A stretch of DNA of 64,000 nucleotides from Acidobacteriota bacterium. GTDB lineage: Bacteria > Acidobacteriota > UBA6911. The notes below the pieces were generated by a model. It worked only from the letters and a program-made list of their open reading frames with translations, was not told where the DNA came from and searched no databases. Made by a program: the position numbers and the translations under genes. Positions 39,021 to 47,545 of this stretch are shown in pieces; the stretch's first letter is position 1; each line of letters opens with the position of its first letter. The stretch is from positions 1,696,001-1,760,000 of the forward strand of contig OY761556.1 in the NCBI GenBank assembly GCA_963664705.1, given 5' to 3'.

Positions 39021-40738
39021 TGGCAAACCGCATCGTTATTGACCCGATTACAAGAATTGAGGGCCATCTTCGAGTAGAAGTGGAAGTAAAAAATGGTGTG
39101 GTTGTTGATGCCTACAGCTCCGGAACCATGGTGCGCGGGATGGAAGCCATCCTCAAAGGCCGTGATCCGAGAGATGCCTGGGCGTTTACCCAAAGAGCGT
39201 GTGGTGTCTGCACGACCGTTCATGCATTGACTTCGGTGCGATGCGTCGAAGATGCATTGGGGATTGTTGTTCCCCCCAATGCCGAGATTATCAGAAACAT
39301 CATGGCATGCGCCGTTCAGATGCACGACCACATTGTCCATTTCTACCACCTTCACGCATTGGATTGGGTCGACGTGGTGAGTGCTCTGAAGGCGGATCCG
39401 GCGAAAACTTCCGAAATCGCCACCAGCATTTCGCGCTGGCCCAAGAGCTCGGCCAAGTATTTCTCCGATCTTCAGAAGCGTCTCAGTGCGTTTGTCGGAA
39501 GCGGACAACTCGGGATCTTCGCCAAAGGCTATTGGGGACATTCCGCATACAAGCTTCCGCCGGAAGTCAATCTCATCGGGGTGGCACATTATCTGGAGGC
39601 ACTGGAGTGGCAGAAGGAGATTGTCAAGATTCATGCCATTCTGGGCGGAAAGAATCCGCATCCGAACTACCTGGTCGGGGGCGTGCCCTGCGCGATCAAC
39701 CTGGATGAGGCCAATGCCCTTAATGCGGAACGCCTCGCCATGATTGGCACTCTATTGGATGAGGCCCAGGATTTTGTGGAGATGGTCTATCTGCCGGATC
39801 TTATGGCCATTGCATCCTTTTATAAGGATTGGGGTGCGATAGGAGGCGGATTGCCGAATTACCTGGTCTATGGTGATATGCCGACTAATGGATATCGGGA
39901 CCACTCCAAATACAAATTCCCGCAAGGAATCATACTGAACAGAAATTTGAACGAGGTCCTGCCGCTTGATGGGAAAAACCCGGACGAAATTCAGGAGTTC
40001 ATAGCCCGGTCCTGGTATGAATATGCGGAAGGAGACCAGGTAGGGAAGCATCCATGGGCAGGGGAGACGCGTCTGAAATATTCGGGCCCGAAACCGCCTT
40101 ATCAATTCCTCGAAGTCGACAAGAAATACAGTTGGCTCAAGACCCCTCGCTGGAAGGGGCATCCCATGGAAGTGGGACCTTTGTCGCGGATGCTGGTTGG
40201 CTATGCAGCCGGCAACACCGAAATAAAGGATGTGGTGACCGAGGCATTAAAACAGCTCCAGGTGCCGGTGGAGGCTCTCTTTTCCACTCTGGGGCGCACT
40301 GCCGCCAGAGGATTGGAAACCCGTCTGATTGCCCGATGGGCCAAGGAATTCTATGCGCAGCTGCTCGCGAATATCAAGAACGGGGACAGCCGTACATTCA
40401 ACAACGAAAAATGGAATCCGGAAGTCTGGCCGACAGAAGCCAAAGGAATCGGCATGTCGGAAGCTCCTCGCGGCGCGCTGGCTCACTTCATAGTAATCAA
40501 GGACAAGCAGATCGAGAATTATCAACTCGTTGTGCCGTCGACTTGGAATGGATCCCCGCGGGATGCGCAGAATCAGATGTCGGCCTATGAAGCCTCTCTG
40601 ATCGGAACCCCCGTACCTAACCCTGAACAGCCGGTCGAAATTCTACGCACTATCCATTCCTTTGACCCCTGCCTGGGCTGTGCGGTTCATCTTTACGATG
40701 AAAAGCAACGGAGTCTGCATAGGGTCAATCTCACATAG
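39020..40738 (+). CDS. hyaB: [NiFe] hydrogenase large subunit (group 1, probably 1d)
   Basis: DPITRIEGH, L1 RACGVC, L2 SFDPCLGCAVH plus C-terminal cleavable extension. Confidence 0.95.
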   Translation: MANRIVIDPITRIEGHLRVEVEVKNGVVVDAYSSGTMVRGMEAILKGRDPRDAWAFTQRACGVCTTVHALTSVRCVEDALGIVVPPNAEIIRNIMACAVQMHDHIVHFYHLHALDWVDVVSALKADPAKTSEIATSISRWPKSSAKYFSDLQKRLSAFVGSGQLGIFAKGYWGHSAYKLPPEVNLIGVAHYLEALEWQKEIVKIHAILGGKNPHPNYLVGGVPCAINLDEANALNAERLAMIGTLLDEAQDFVEMVYLPDLMAIASFYKDWGAIGGGLPNYLVYGDMPTNGYRDHSKYKFPQGIILNRNLNEVLPLDGKNPDEIQEFIARSWYEYAEGDQVGKHPWAGETRLKYSGPKPPYQFLEVDKKYSWLKTPRWKGHPMEVGPLSRMLVGYAAGNTEIKDVVTEALKQLQVPVEALFSTLGRTAARGLETRLIARWAKEFYAQLLANIKNGDSRTFNNEKWNPEVWPTEAKGIGMSEAPRGALAHFIVIKDKQIENYQLVVPSTWNGSPRDAQNQMSAYEASLIGTPVPNPEQPVEILRTIHSFDPCLGCAVHLYDEKQRSLHRVNLT

Positions 40739-40747
40739 GAGGGACGC

Positions 40748-41431
40748 ATGGAACCGACGACGATTCGCAGAATCTACGTGTGGGGACTTCCTGTGCGCTT
40801 TTATCACTGGCTGAATATGCTTTGCATCATCATGCTGATCGGCACAGGACTGGTAATCGGACGTCCCTGGAGCTTGCAGGTAGGTGGAGAGGCTTATACC
40901 GGGTATTGGTTTGGCACGGTGCGCTTCATCCACTTCCTTGCGGCGTTTCTTTTCTTTTTCAATTTCGTATTTCGGCTTTACTGGGGATTTGTGGGAAACA
41001 GGTATGCGCGGTGGCCTGTGTTTATTCCCTTCAAGAAAAAGCAGTGGGTTGAAATCGGTGAGGTCTTGAAGGTGGATATACTTCAGGCAGAGGTTAAGCC
41101 GCTGCACTCCATTGGGCATAACAGCCTGGCCGGATTGACATACTTTTTTTCATTCCTGGCCTTCCTCTTCCAATCGGTGACAGGATTTGGAATCTATTCG
41201 GCGATGAGCCATTCCTGGTTGCCGAAATTGTTCGCGTGGGTTATTCCCATAATGGGAGGGGATTTTGCCGCGCGGCAGTGGCATCACGCGATGATGTGGT
41301 TTTTTATCGTGTTCAGCATGATTCATGTCTACCTGGTTTTCTACCATGATTACGTTGAGGGGCGAGGCGTGATTTCCTCGATGGCAAGCGGTTGGAAGTA
41401 CATCGAGGAACGGGGTGGAGAAGGGAAATAG
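40748..41431 (+). CDS. hyaC: Ni/Fe-hydrogenase b-type cytochrome subunit
   Basis: VWGLPVRFYHW, RFIHF, GHNSLA, WHH, HVY..HD. Confidence 0.93.
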   Translation: MEPTTIRRIYVWGLPVRFYHWLNMLCIIMLIGTGLVIGRPWSLQVGGEAYTGYWFGTVRFIHFLAAFLFFFNFVFRLYWGFVGNRYARWPVFIPFKKKQWVEIGEVLKVDILQAEVKPLHSIGHNSLAGLTYFFSFLAFLFQSVTGFGIYSAMSHSWLPKLFAWVIPIMGGDFAARQWHHAMMWFFIVFSMIHVYLVFYHDYVEGRGVISSMASGWKYIEERGGEGK

Positions 41432-41466
41432 ACGCAAAGCCGCAGCCTTTTGTTCCGGAGATACTG

Positions 41467-41946
41467 ATGTCTAAGGCGAAGCATACCCTGGTTTTAGGTA
41501 TTGGAAATTACCTGATGGGGGATGAGGGAGTCGGGATTCATGCGGTCCAATATTTGCAGCGCCAAGCATGGCCATCTGATATTGAGTTCATGGATGGTGG
41601 TACCGGTGGCTTTCATTTGTTGAGTTTGTTTGAGGAATTCAGTCCAGTTATTATCATCGATGCCTGCATGGATGATAATCCGCCTGGAACTGTCCGTGTG
41701 TTCCATCCGCAATTTGGATCCGAATTCCCGCCGCTGCTGAGCATGCATGAGATTGGATTGCGCGATCTGCTCGAATCGGCCGTCTTGCTGAATACAACTC
41801 CGGAAGTGCAGTTGATTGCGATCTCCATTTCGAATATGGAAGATCTGACGATCGAGCTCACCCCTGAGGCGAAGGGCGCTATGCCGGGAATCGAATCAGC
41901 GGTTCGGTCCTTACTGGAAGCGCCAGCAAGCCGGCGCTTCCAGTAA
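41467..41946 (+). CDS. hyaD: hydrogenase maturation protease
   Basis: LGIGNYLMGDEGVG, DGGTGG, IIDA, SMHEIGL; start ATG 41467. Confidence 0.9.
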   Translation: MSKAKHTLVLGIGNYLMGDEGVGIHAVQYLQRQAWPSDIEFMDGGTGGFHLLSLFEEFSPVIIIDACMDDNPPGTVRVFHPQFGSEFPPLLSMHEIGLRDLLESAVLLNTTPEVQLIAISISNMEDLTIELTPEAKGAMPGIESAVRSLLEAPASRRFQ

Positions 41947-41948
41947 GA

Positions 41949-43403
41949 TCAGCACGGGAAGATCGCGCGAAATTCGCTGCCTGATCCGGGCGTGCTGGTG
42001 ATCCGCAGCCGTCCGGCAGCCCGGTCTATCAACCGTTTTACAATAGCGAGCCCGAGGCCATTTCCCTCAATCCCTCGGGTTTCGCTACGCTTTTCGCGGA
42101 AAAATTCCTCTCCAATGCGGGCAAGATTAGCCGGGTCAATCCCAATGCCTGTGTCGCGTACGGCAATTTCAACGCCCTTATTCGACCGCACCGCGCTGAT
42201 CAGGACCTTGCCGCCTGGTCGATTGTATTTCACCGCGTTACCGACCAGGTTGGTCAGGACTGTGCTCATATCTTCGGCGGAGATTGCGCAGGCAGGCAGG
42301 TCCGGAGCCAGTTCCACCTCAATGGTGACATCAGCGGCGGAGGCACGATCTTTCCACAATTCGACGACTTCTTTTAGAACCGGGGGGATTTTTGATGGCG
42401 CGGCAGGCGTCTGTACAGCGCCATCATGTTCAATGCGTGACAGGGAAAGCAAATCTGATATCAGCTCGCCCAGGCCGTCAATTCTTTCATCGGCGCGTGC
42501 GAGAAACGAGGTGTAGGGTTCGAGATCGTTTCCCAGGCTGCGATCGCGCATGACTTCGACAATGGACTTGAGGGCGGTGAGAGGTGCTCTTAATTCGTGC
42601 ACCAGTGTTCTGGTAAAGCGGGCTTTTTCTACCGCCAGACGACGTACGGCCGTTATATCCACCGCAGTCATAATTCGGCCGAGCAATCCGCCTTCATCAT
42701 CGTAGAATCCGCTCACCGTGACAAACAATCGTTTTGCCCCGGCATCGGTTTCAAATACGGCGGGAGACGGATTGACTGGATCAAACGCCGTCAGAGCCGG
42801 TGCCAGGATTCCGTTTGAAAGAACGGAGGAAACCTGAGTCCCGAGAAGCTTGTCGGAATCGACTCCAAGTATTTCCTCCATGGAGCGATTCGCTAAGGCA
42901 ATCTCACCCGCTCGGTTGACAACCAGAACGCCGTCGCGGAGGCTGGCAACCAGTGAATGGGTCTGGCTTTTCTCCGAGGCTAGTTCCTGGAGGCTTGCTG
43001 CATGGGCCTGACGCAGGCGCTCCGCTTCATCGCGAAGCTTCTTGTGTCCCAGCAGCGTGTCGACCGTGCTGAGCAGGTCATCGGGAGAAAAGGGTTTGGG
43101 CAGAAAGATATCAATGCCCTGGCGGGTAGCAAACACTGCGGTCTCGATGTTTGCGTACGCCGTGATCATGCAGATCATCGTCTGTGGCGATTTTTGCCGG
43201 ATGGACTGAAACAAGGTAAGGCCGTCAACATCCGGCAATCGATAATCGATGAACATCACATCATAGGAGGCACCTGCGACGAGTTCCTGCGCGGCACGAC
43301 CGCAATCCGCCGTATCAACATCATAGCCCTCGAGAGACAGGATCTCGCCTACGCCGGACCGAATCCCTGGTTCGTCGTCCACTACAAGGATGCGCGCGGC
43401 CAT
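41949..43403 (-). CDS. receiver-PAS-histidine kinase hybrid
   Basis: N-terminal REC (VVDD, IDYRLP), PAS, HELRAPL, NAVKY, DTGIGI, GLGL. Confidence 0.9.
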   Translation of the reverse strand: MAARILVVDDEPGIRSGVGEILSLEGYDVDTADCGRAAQELVAGASYDVMFIDYRLPDVDGLTLFQSIRQKSPQTMICMITAYANIETAVFATRQGIDIFLPKPFSPDDLLSTVDTLLGHKKLRDEAERLRQAHAASLQELASEKSQTHSLVASLRDGVLVVNRAGEIALANRSMEEILGVDSDKLLGTQVSSVLSNGILAPALTAFDPVNPSPAVFETDAGAKRLFVTVSGFYDDEGGLLGRIMTAVDITAVRRLAVEKARFTRTLVHELRAPLTALKSIVEVMRDRSLGNDLEPYTSFLARADERIDGLGELISDLLSLSRIEHDGAVQTPAAPSKIPPVLKEVVELWKDRASAADVTIEVELAPDLPACAISAEDMSTVLTNLVGNAVKYNRPGGKVLISAVRSNKGVEIAVRDTGIGIDPANLARIGEEFFREKRSETRGIEGNGLGLAIVKRLIDRAAGRLRITSTPGSGSEFRAIFPC

Positions 43404-43407
43404 TGTG

Positions 43408-43833
43408 TCACCTCTCCTCCGGTTTGACCGCCTGTTCGTTCAACCTGCGCTCTACGAGCATCAGGAGCCGGTGTGCACTTACCGGTTTGTCGATAAAGTC
43501 ATCCAGGTGAGACCAGCTTTTGAGCTCTTCGCGCTCACGGGTAAATCCCAGACCCGTTTCGGAGGCGACCCCCGATAGCATCACCAGAGGAATGGACTTC
43601 AGACGTTCTTCCCGGCGAATACGTCGGGCCAGGGTGAATCCCGAATCGGCATGCTCCATCATAAGATCGACGAAAATCATGTCCGGCGACTCTACGGAAA
43701 GGAGTTCCAGCGCCGCATCGGTGCCTTCAGCCGTCAATACGGTATAGCCACGGGCCTTGAAGAAGGCTGTTTGCGCCGCTAGAAAAATAGGATCGTCGTC
43801 AATGAATAAGAGCTTCGCTTTTCCTTCACTCAT
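43408..43833 (-). CDS. single-domain response regulator
   Basis: IDDD, VDLMM, KP motifs. Confidence 0.9.
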   Translation of the reverse strand: MSEGKAKLLFIDDDPIFLAAQTAFFKARGYTVLTAEGTDAALELLSVESPDMIFVDLMMEHADSGFTLARRIRREERLKSIPLVMLSGVASETGLGFTREREELKSWSHLDDFIDKPVSAHRLLMLVERRLNEQAVKPEER

Positions 43834-45824
43834 GGGGTCATACTCCTTGTCTGGCGCGCCTGGCTTACAGGCAGCTCGATGAAAAATGTCGCTCCTTTTT
43901 GGGGTTCAGACTCAAACCAAATGGACCCGTGATGCATCTTCACGATCCCATAGGTTATGGCCAGGCCGAGTCCGGTGCCGCGTCCAATACTTTTGGTCGT
44001 AAAAAAGGGCTGAAATACCCGGTCGTGATCTTCCGCCGGTATGCCGCATCCGTCATCTTTAACAGCCAATCGGATCCTGTCGCGACCTTCGGAATAGCTG
44101 AGTGCGATCGTGACATTGCCGCCACGCTCCCCCAGTGCCTCGATGCCATTCTGTATCAGGTTGACGAGGACTTGCACCATCTGATCGCGATCCATATCGG
44201 CTTCGATAGGTTCGGTGCATGCCGCCAGTGCCAGACGGATGTTCTTGCTCTCAAGTTGGGCGGCATTGAAAGATTTATCGATCACTTCCGCCGCCAATTC
44301 ATTCAGTCTGCAGGAGGAAAATTTCACACGGTTCTGGCGGGCAAAATCGAGGAGTCCGGAAACGATGCGCTTGCATCGTTGGGTTTCCTTTTGAACCAAA
44401 TCAATGTCTTTCGCGACCTGCGCGGAACCTCCAAGCTTCCGTTCAATAAGGCCCGAGTAGAGCAGAATGGTGCCCAGGGGATTATTGAGTTCATGCGCGA
44501 TTCCCGCCGCCAGCTGACCAAGCGACGCAAGTTTTTCAGTGCTCACCAGCTGACGATGGATTTCACGCAGGTCTCGCCATGGCACATGCAGCTCATGGCA
44601 TACCCGTTCGGCCTGGTCAATCAGGAATGGAAGGCACATGGCTTCCTCGGCAAGGCCGTTGAGAACGGCAGCGGCTTTGGCCCGGCAAGTGGGATAACCG
44701 CACGCGCCGCAGTTTAGCTCATCATCGACCGAAAATTTATTGGTGCGGGAGAGGATATTGCGAATCTGTTCTTCGCTGGGTTCCGCAAAACGGTGGTCAT
44801 CCGCGGTAAAGCTGCGGGAAAGAGCATCCGTTTTTTCAAATCCTTCGAAAGTGCGGGGCGTGCGCTGGGCATGCGCACAGATGTTGGCACGTCTGCGATG
44901 GGACGAGTCGAGGCGAGACATGCCTGGCCCTTCATGGCAGCCATGGCACATGAGCGCTTCAACGAGCCGGGGCCGGATTTCGCCTCGTTCCATGTCTGTA
45001 AGCACCTCGTCTGTTTCCCTGCGTCCCGTGGCAACAACAAAGCGGCCGTCCAGCGGGTCTGATTCCAGCCCGGCACTGATAAGAAGTCCTCCTACCAACG
45101 GGAAAGCCCGTCCGATACCGGCGCGCGGCGGATCGGGTTCAGATGGATCGAGGGATGCCGGATCAACACCGCGTTGAGCAAAGATACGCCTGGTTTCGGT
45201 GAAAGTCAGCGCTTCTTCGACAACGCGGGGCAGCAGTGGGTCCCGGGCCTCGATTTTCTTGGCTATACATGGACCGATAAAGACGCAATGGACGTCGCTG
45301 CCGTACATTTCAAGTACTTCGTGGGCGACAGCGATCATAGGAGAAACAACCGGAGCCAGGTGTGGAACCAGTTCCGGGTGGTATTTTCGTATGCGTTCGA
45401 CAATAGCCGGGCAGGCCGTAGCAATCCACGATCCATCCGGGTTGTCGCGCAGAAGCTCGGAATACGCAGCTGCTACCCGATCCGCGCCACGAGCTACCTC
45501 CACCACATATTGAAAGCCTGCAGCACGCAATGCCGCAATCACGCGCTCCGGCGCCACTTCAGAAAATTCCGCTGCATAGGAAGGGGCCAGCAGGGCTGCC
45601 ACACGTGACCCGCCATCAATCAGACCGAGGGTATATTCGACTCCGGATACACATGTCTTGGCATTTTGAGAACACACAGTTGTGCAACGGCCGCAGGCAA
45701 TACACCGCTCTGTGACGACCGAAGCCTGCCCATCAACGATTCGGATCGCCTTGACCGGACAGGAACGTACGCACGTATAGCATCGTCGGCAGTTCTGTTT
45801 GATGGTCTCAATTGCGGCGAACAT
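43830..45824 (-). CDS. sensory [FeFe]-hydrogenase (group C, HydS-like) fused to histidine kinase
   Basis: 2x[4Fe-4S] N-terminus, H-domain variants TACP / GPCIAKK / EALMCHGC, FeS domain CGACGYPTC..MC, AHELNNPL, QPFFTTK. Confidence 0.9.
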   Translation of the reverse strand: MFAAIETIKQNCRRCYTCVRSCPVKAIRIVDGQASVVTERCIACGRCTTVCSQNAKTCVSGVEYTLGLIDGGSRVAALLAPSYAAEFSEVAPERVIAALRAAGFQYVVEVARGADRVAAAYSELLRDNPDGSWIATACPAIVERIRKYHPELVPHLAPVVSPMIAVAHEVLEMYGSDVHCVFIGPCIAKKIEARDPLLPRVVEEALTFTETRRIFAQRGVDPASLDPSEPDPPRAGIGRAFPLVGGLLISAGLESDPLDGRFVVATGRRETDEVLTDMERGEIRPRLVEALMCHGCHEGPGMSRLDSSHRRRANICAHAQRTPRTFEGFEKTDALSRSFTADDHRFAEPSEEQIRNILSRTNKFSVDDELNCGACGYPTCRAKAAAVLNGLAEEAMCLPFLIDQAERVCHELHVPWRDLREIHRQLVSTEKLASLGQLAAGIAHELNNPLGTILLYSGLIERKLGGSAQVAKDIDLVQKETQRCKRIVSGLLDFARQNRVKFSSCRLNELAAEVIDKSFNAAQLESKNIRLALAACTEPIEADMDRDQMVQVLVNLIQNGIEALGERGGNVTIALSYSEGRDRIRLAVKDDGCGIPAEDHDRVFQPFFTTKSIGRGTGLGLAITYGIVKMHHGSIWFESEPQKGATFFIELPVSQARQTRSMTP

Positions 45825-45850
45825 GTTTCCGTTCCTTTCCCTGCGGTGGT

Positions 45851-47545
45851 TTACTGATCATCGCGACCGGTGTAATGCCTGTGAAGAAGCTCGTGACTCT
45901 CCGGGCTTCCCGGCTTGCCCAGCACATTTTCATATAATCGACGCACGGCGGCATTTTCATGCGCGGTATGCAGCTTCGCGCGCTTGTCGGCGTCGTGGAT
46001 CTTGGCACGTCTTGCCTGGAGTGCCCCTTCGGAAATGCTGCGGGGCTGCCCGCCGCCACCGATGCAGCCACCGGCGCAGCTCATGACTTCAATAAAGTCC
46101 AGGGACATTTTGCCGGCCTCAATCTGATCGAGCAGGGCGCGGGCCGCACCGAGTCCGCTGACAACGCCGCAGTGCAATTGGCGGCCGGCAAGGGTTACGG
46201 AAAAGGTTCGGATCCGTTCATCACTTCTCAGCGGCGCCACAACGGTTGGGCCGAAAGAGCTGGATTCGCCCAGTAGGTGCGCCGCGGTTCTGAGTGCTGC
46301 CTCCAGCACACCTCCGCTTCCTCCGAAAAGACGGCCTGCGCCGCTGGCCTCAGCAAAAGGCTCATCGAGTTTCGAGCGAACGGCGGAGTCTGCCGACAGG
46401 TTTACTCCAAAATTATCCAGCAGCCGCATCAGTTCCCGTGTGGTGATGACTGCATCGATATCCCCGACCTCAAAGGCCTCATGTTTTTTTGCGGTGCAGG
46501 GCATGATGGATACCGAAAAGATATGTCGACCGTCGCTATTCCCGCGCTTCTTGATAAGCGCGGCGGCCATCTGCTGCGGCGACTTGCAGGTGGACAGATT
46601 CGGAATAAACTGCGGTTTGTGAAGCTCGACAAACCGGACCCACGCGGGAGAACAGCTGGTAAACATCGGAAGCGGGCCGCTGTGACCCAGTCGCTCGACC
46701 AGCTCGTGCGCCTCTTCCATTACCGTCAGATCTGCTGCAAATGAAGTATCGTATATTGCATCGAAACCTATTTGCCGCAATGCTCCGGCAATCAGCAATA
46801 AGGCATCGGTTGCGTTGCGAATCCCGAGTTCAACGGCGATTGTGGCCGGAACCGCGGGGGCGATTTGCGCCACGACCGAAACCTGCGGATTGCCCAAGGC
46901 TTCCGCTACCTGGGATATCGCGCTTTTTTCACGCAAGGCACCGGTGGGGCATACCCGAACGCATTGGCCGCAGAAAACGCAGTCGGATACGTCCAGACCG
47001 GCATCATTACCCGGTTTGATATAGGTCCCGAAGCCCCGGCCGGCGTAGTCGATGGCTCCCACGCCCTGTTCCGAATGGCAAACCGTGACGCATCGTCCAC
47101 AGAGAATGCACTTATTCGGATCCCTGACAATGGCAGGAGAAGAAACGTCCACCGGATGTCCCTTGGGACCGCCGGGGAAACGATTACCGCGCACATCCAT
47201 GCTGGTAGCCAGCCGCGAAAGCTCGCAATCGCCTGCCCGTTCGCAGTAGAGGCAGTCATCGGGATGGCTGGCAAGTAACAGCTCAACAATATTTCGTCGG
47301 ACTCTCTGAACACGAGGCGAATGGGTCAGAACAGAAATGCCCTCACGTACGGCCATAGTGCAGCTTGTCTGAAGCCTGGACTCCCCTTCTATCTCAACCA
47401 GGCACACTCGGCACGAAGCATGCGGTACCGGAGCCATGTCCATCGCGCAGAGATGAGGGATGTGGATGCCAGCATGGGATGCGGCTGACAGAACCGTATC
47501 GCCATTTTTACATTCTATCGATCTTCCGTTAATTGTGATGTTCAC
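45851..47545 (-). CDS. hydA: [FeFe] hydrogenase catalytic subunit, group A3
   Basis: 2Fe-2S, HPDDCLYC..C, 2x4Fe-4S, FTSCSPAW, MPCTAKK, EVMSCAGGCIGGGGQP; GTG start after GGAGG overlaps the hydB stop. Confidence 0.92.
   Translation of the reverse strand: MNITINGRSIECKNGDTVLSAASHAGIHIPHLCAMDMAPVPHASCRVCLVEIEGESRLQTSCTMAVREGISVLTHSPRVQRVRRNIVELLLASHPDDCLYCERAGDCELSRLATSMDVRGNRFPGGPKGHPVDVSSPAIVRDPNKCILCGRCVTVCHSEQGVGAIDYAGRGFGTYIKPGNDAGLDVSDCVFCGQCVRVCPTGALREKSAISQVAEALGNPQVSVVAQIAPAVPATIAVELGIRNATDALLLIAGALRQIGFDAIYDTSFAADLTVMEEAHELVERLGHSGPLPMFTSCSPAWVRFVELHKPQFIPNLSTCKSPQQMAAALIKKRGNSDGRHIFSVSIMPCTAKKHEAFEVGDIDAVITTRELMRLLDNFGVNLSADSAVRSKLDEPFAEASGAGRLFGGSGGVLEAALRTAAHLLGESSSFGPTVVAPLRSDERIRTFSVTLAGRQLHCGVVSGLGAARALLDQIEAGKMSLDFIEVMSCAGGCIGGGGQPRSISEGALQARRAKIHDADKRAKLHTAHENAAVRRLYENVLGKPGSPESHELLHRHYTGRDDQ

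Noticed and set aside
40660-40690. [NiFeSe] hydrogenase
   Set aside because: The L2 motif is DPCLGCAVH with ordinary Cys codons and no UGA
41431-41450. GACGCAAAGCC resembling part of a c-di-GMP-I riboswitch
   Set aside because: It lies in a 35 nt intra-operon gap, and the upstream GGCAAAC/GAAA stem is missing
46640-46670. TSCSP instead of TSCCP in HydA as a sign of inactivation
   Set aside because: TSCSP is a known variant among multimeric group A3 [FeFe] hydrogenases, and the other motifs are intact
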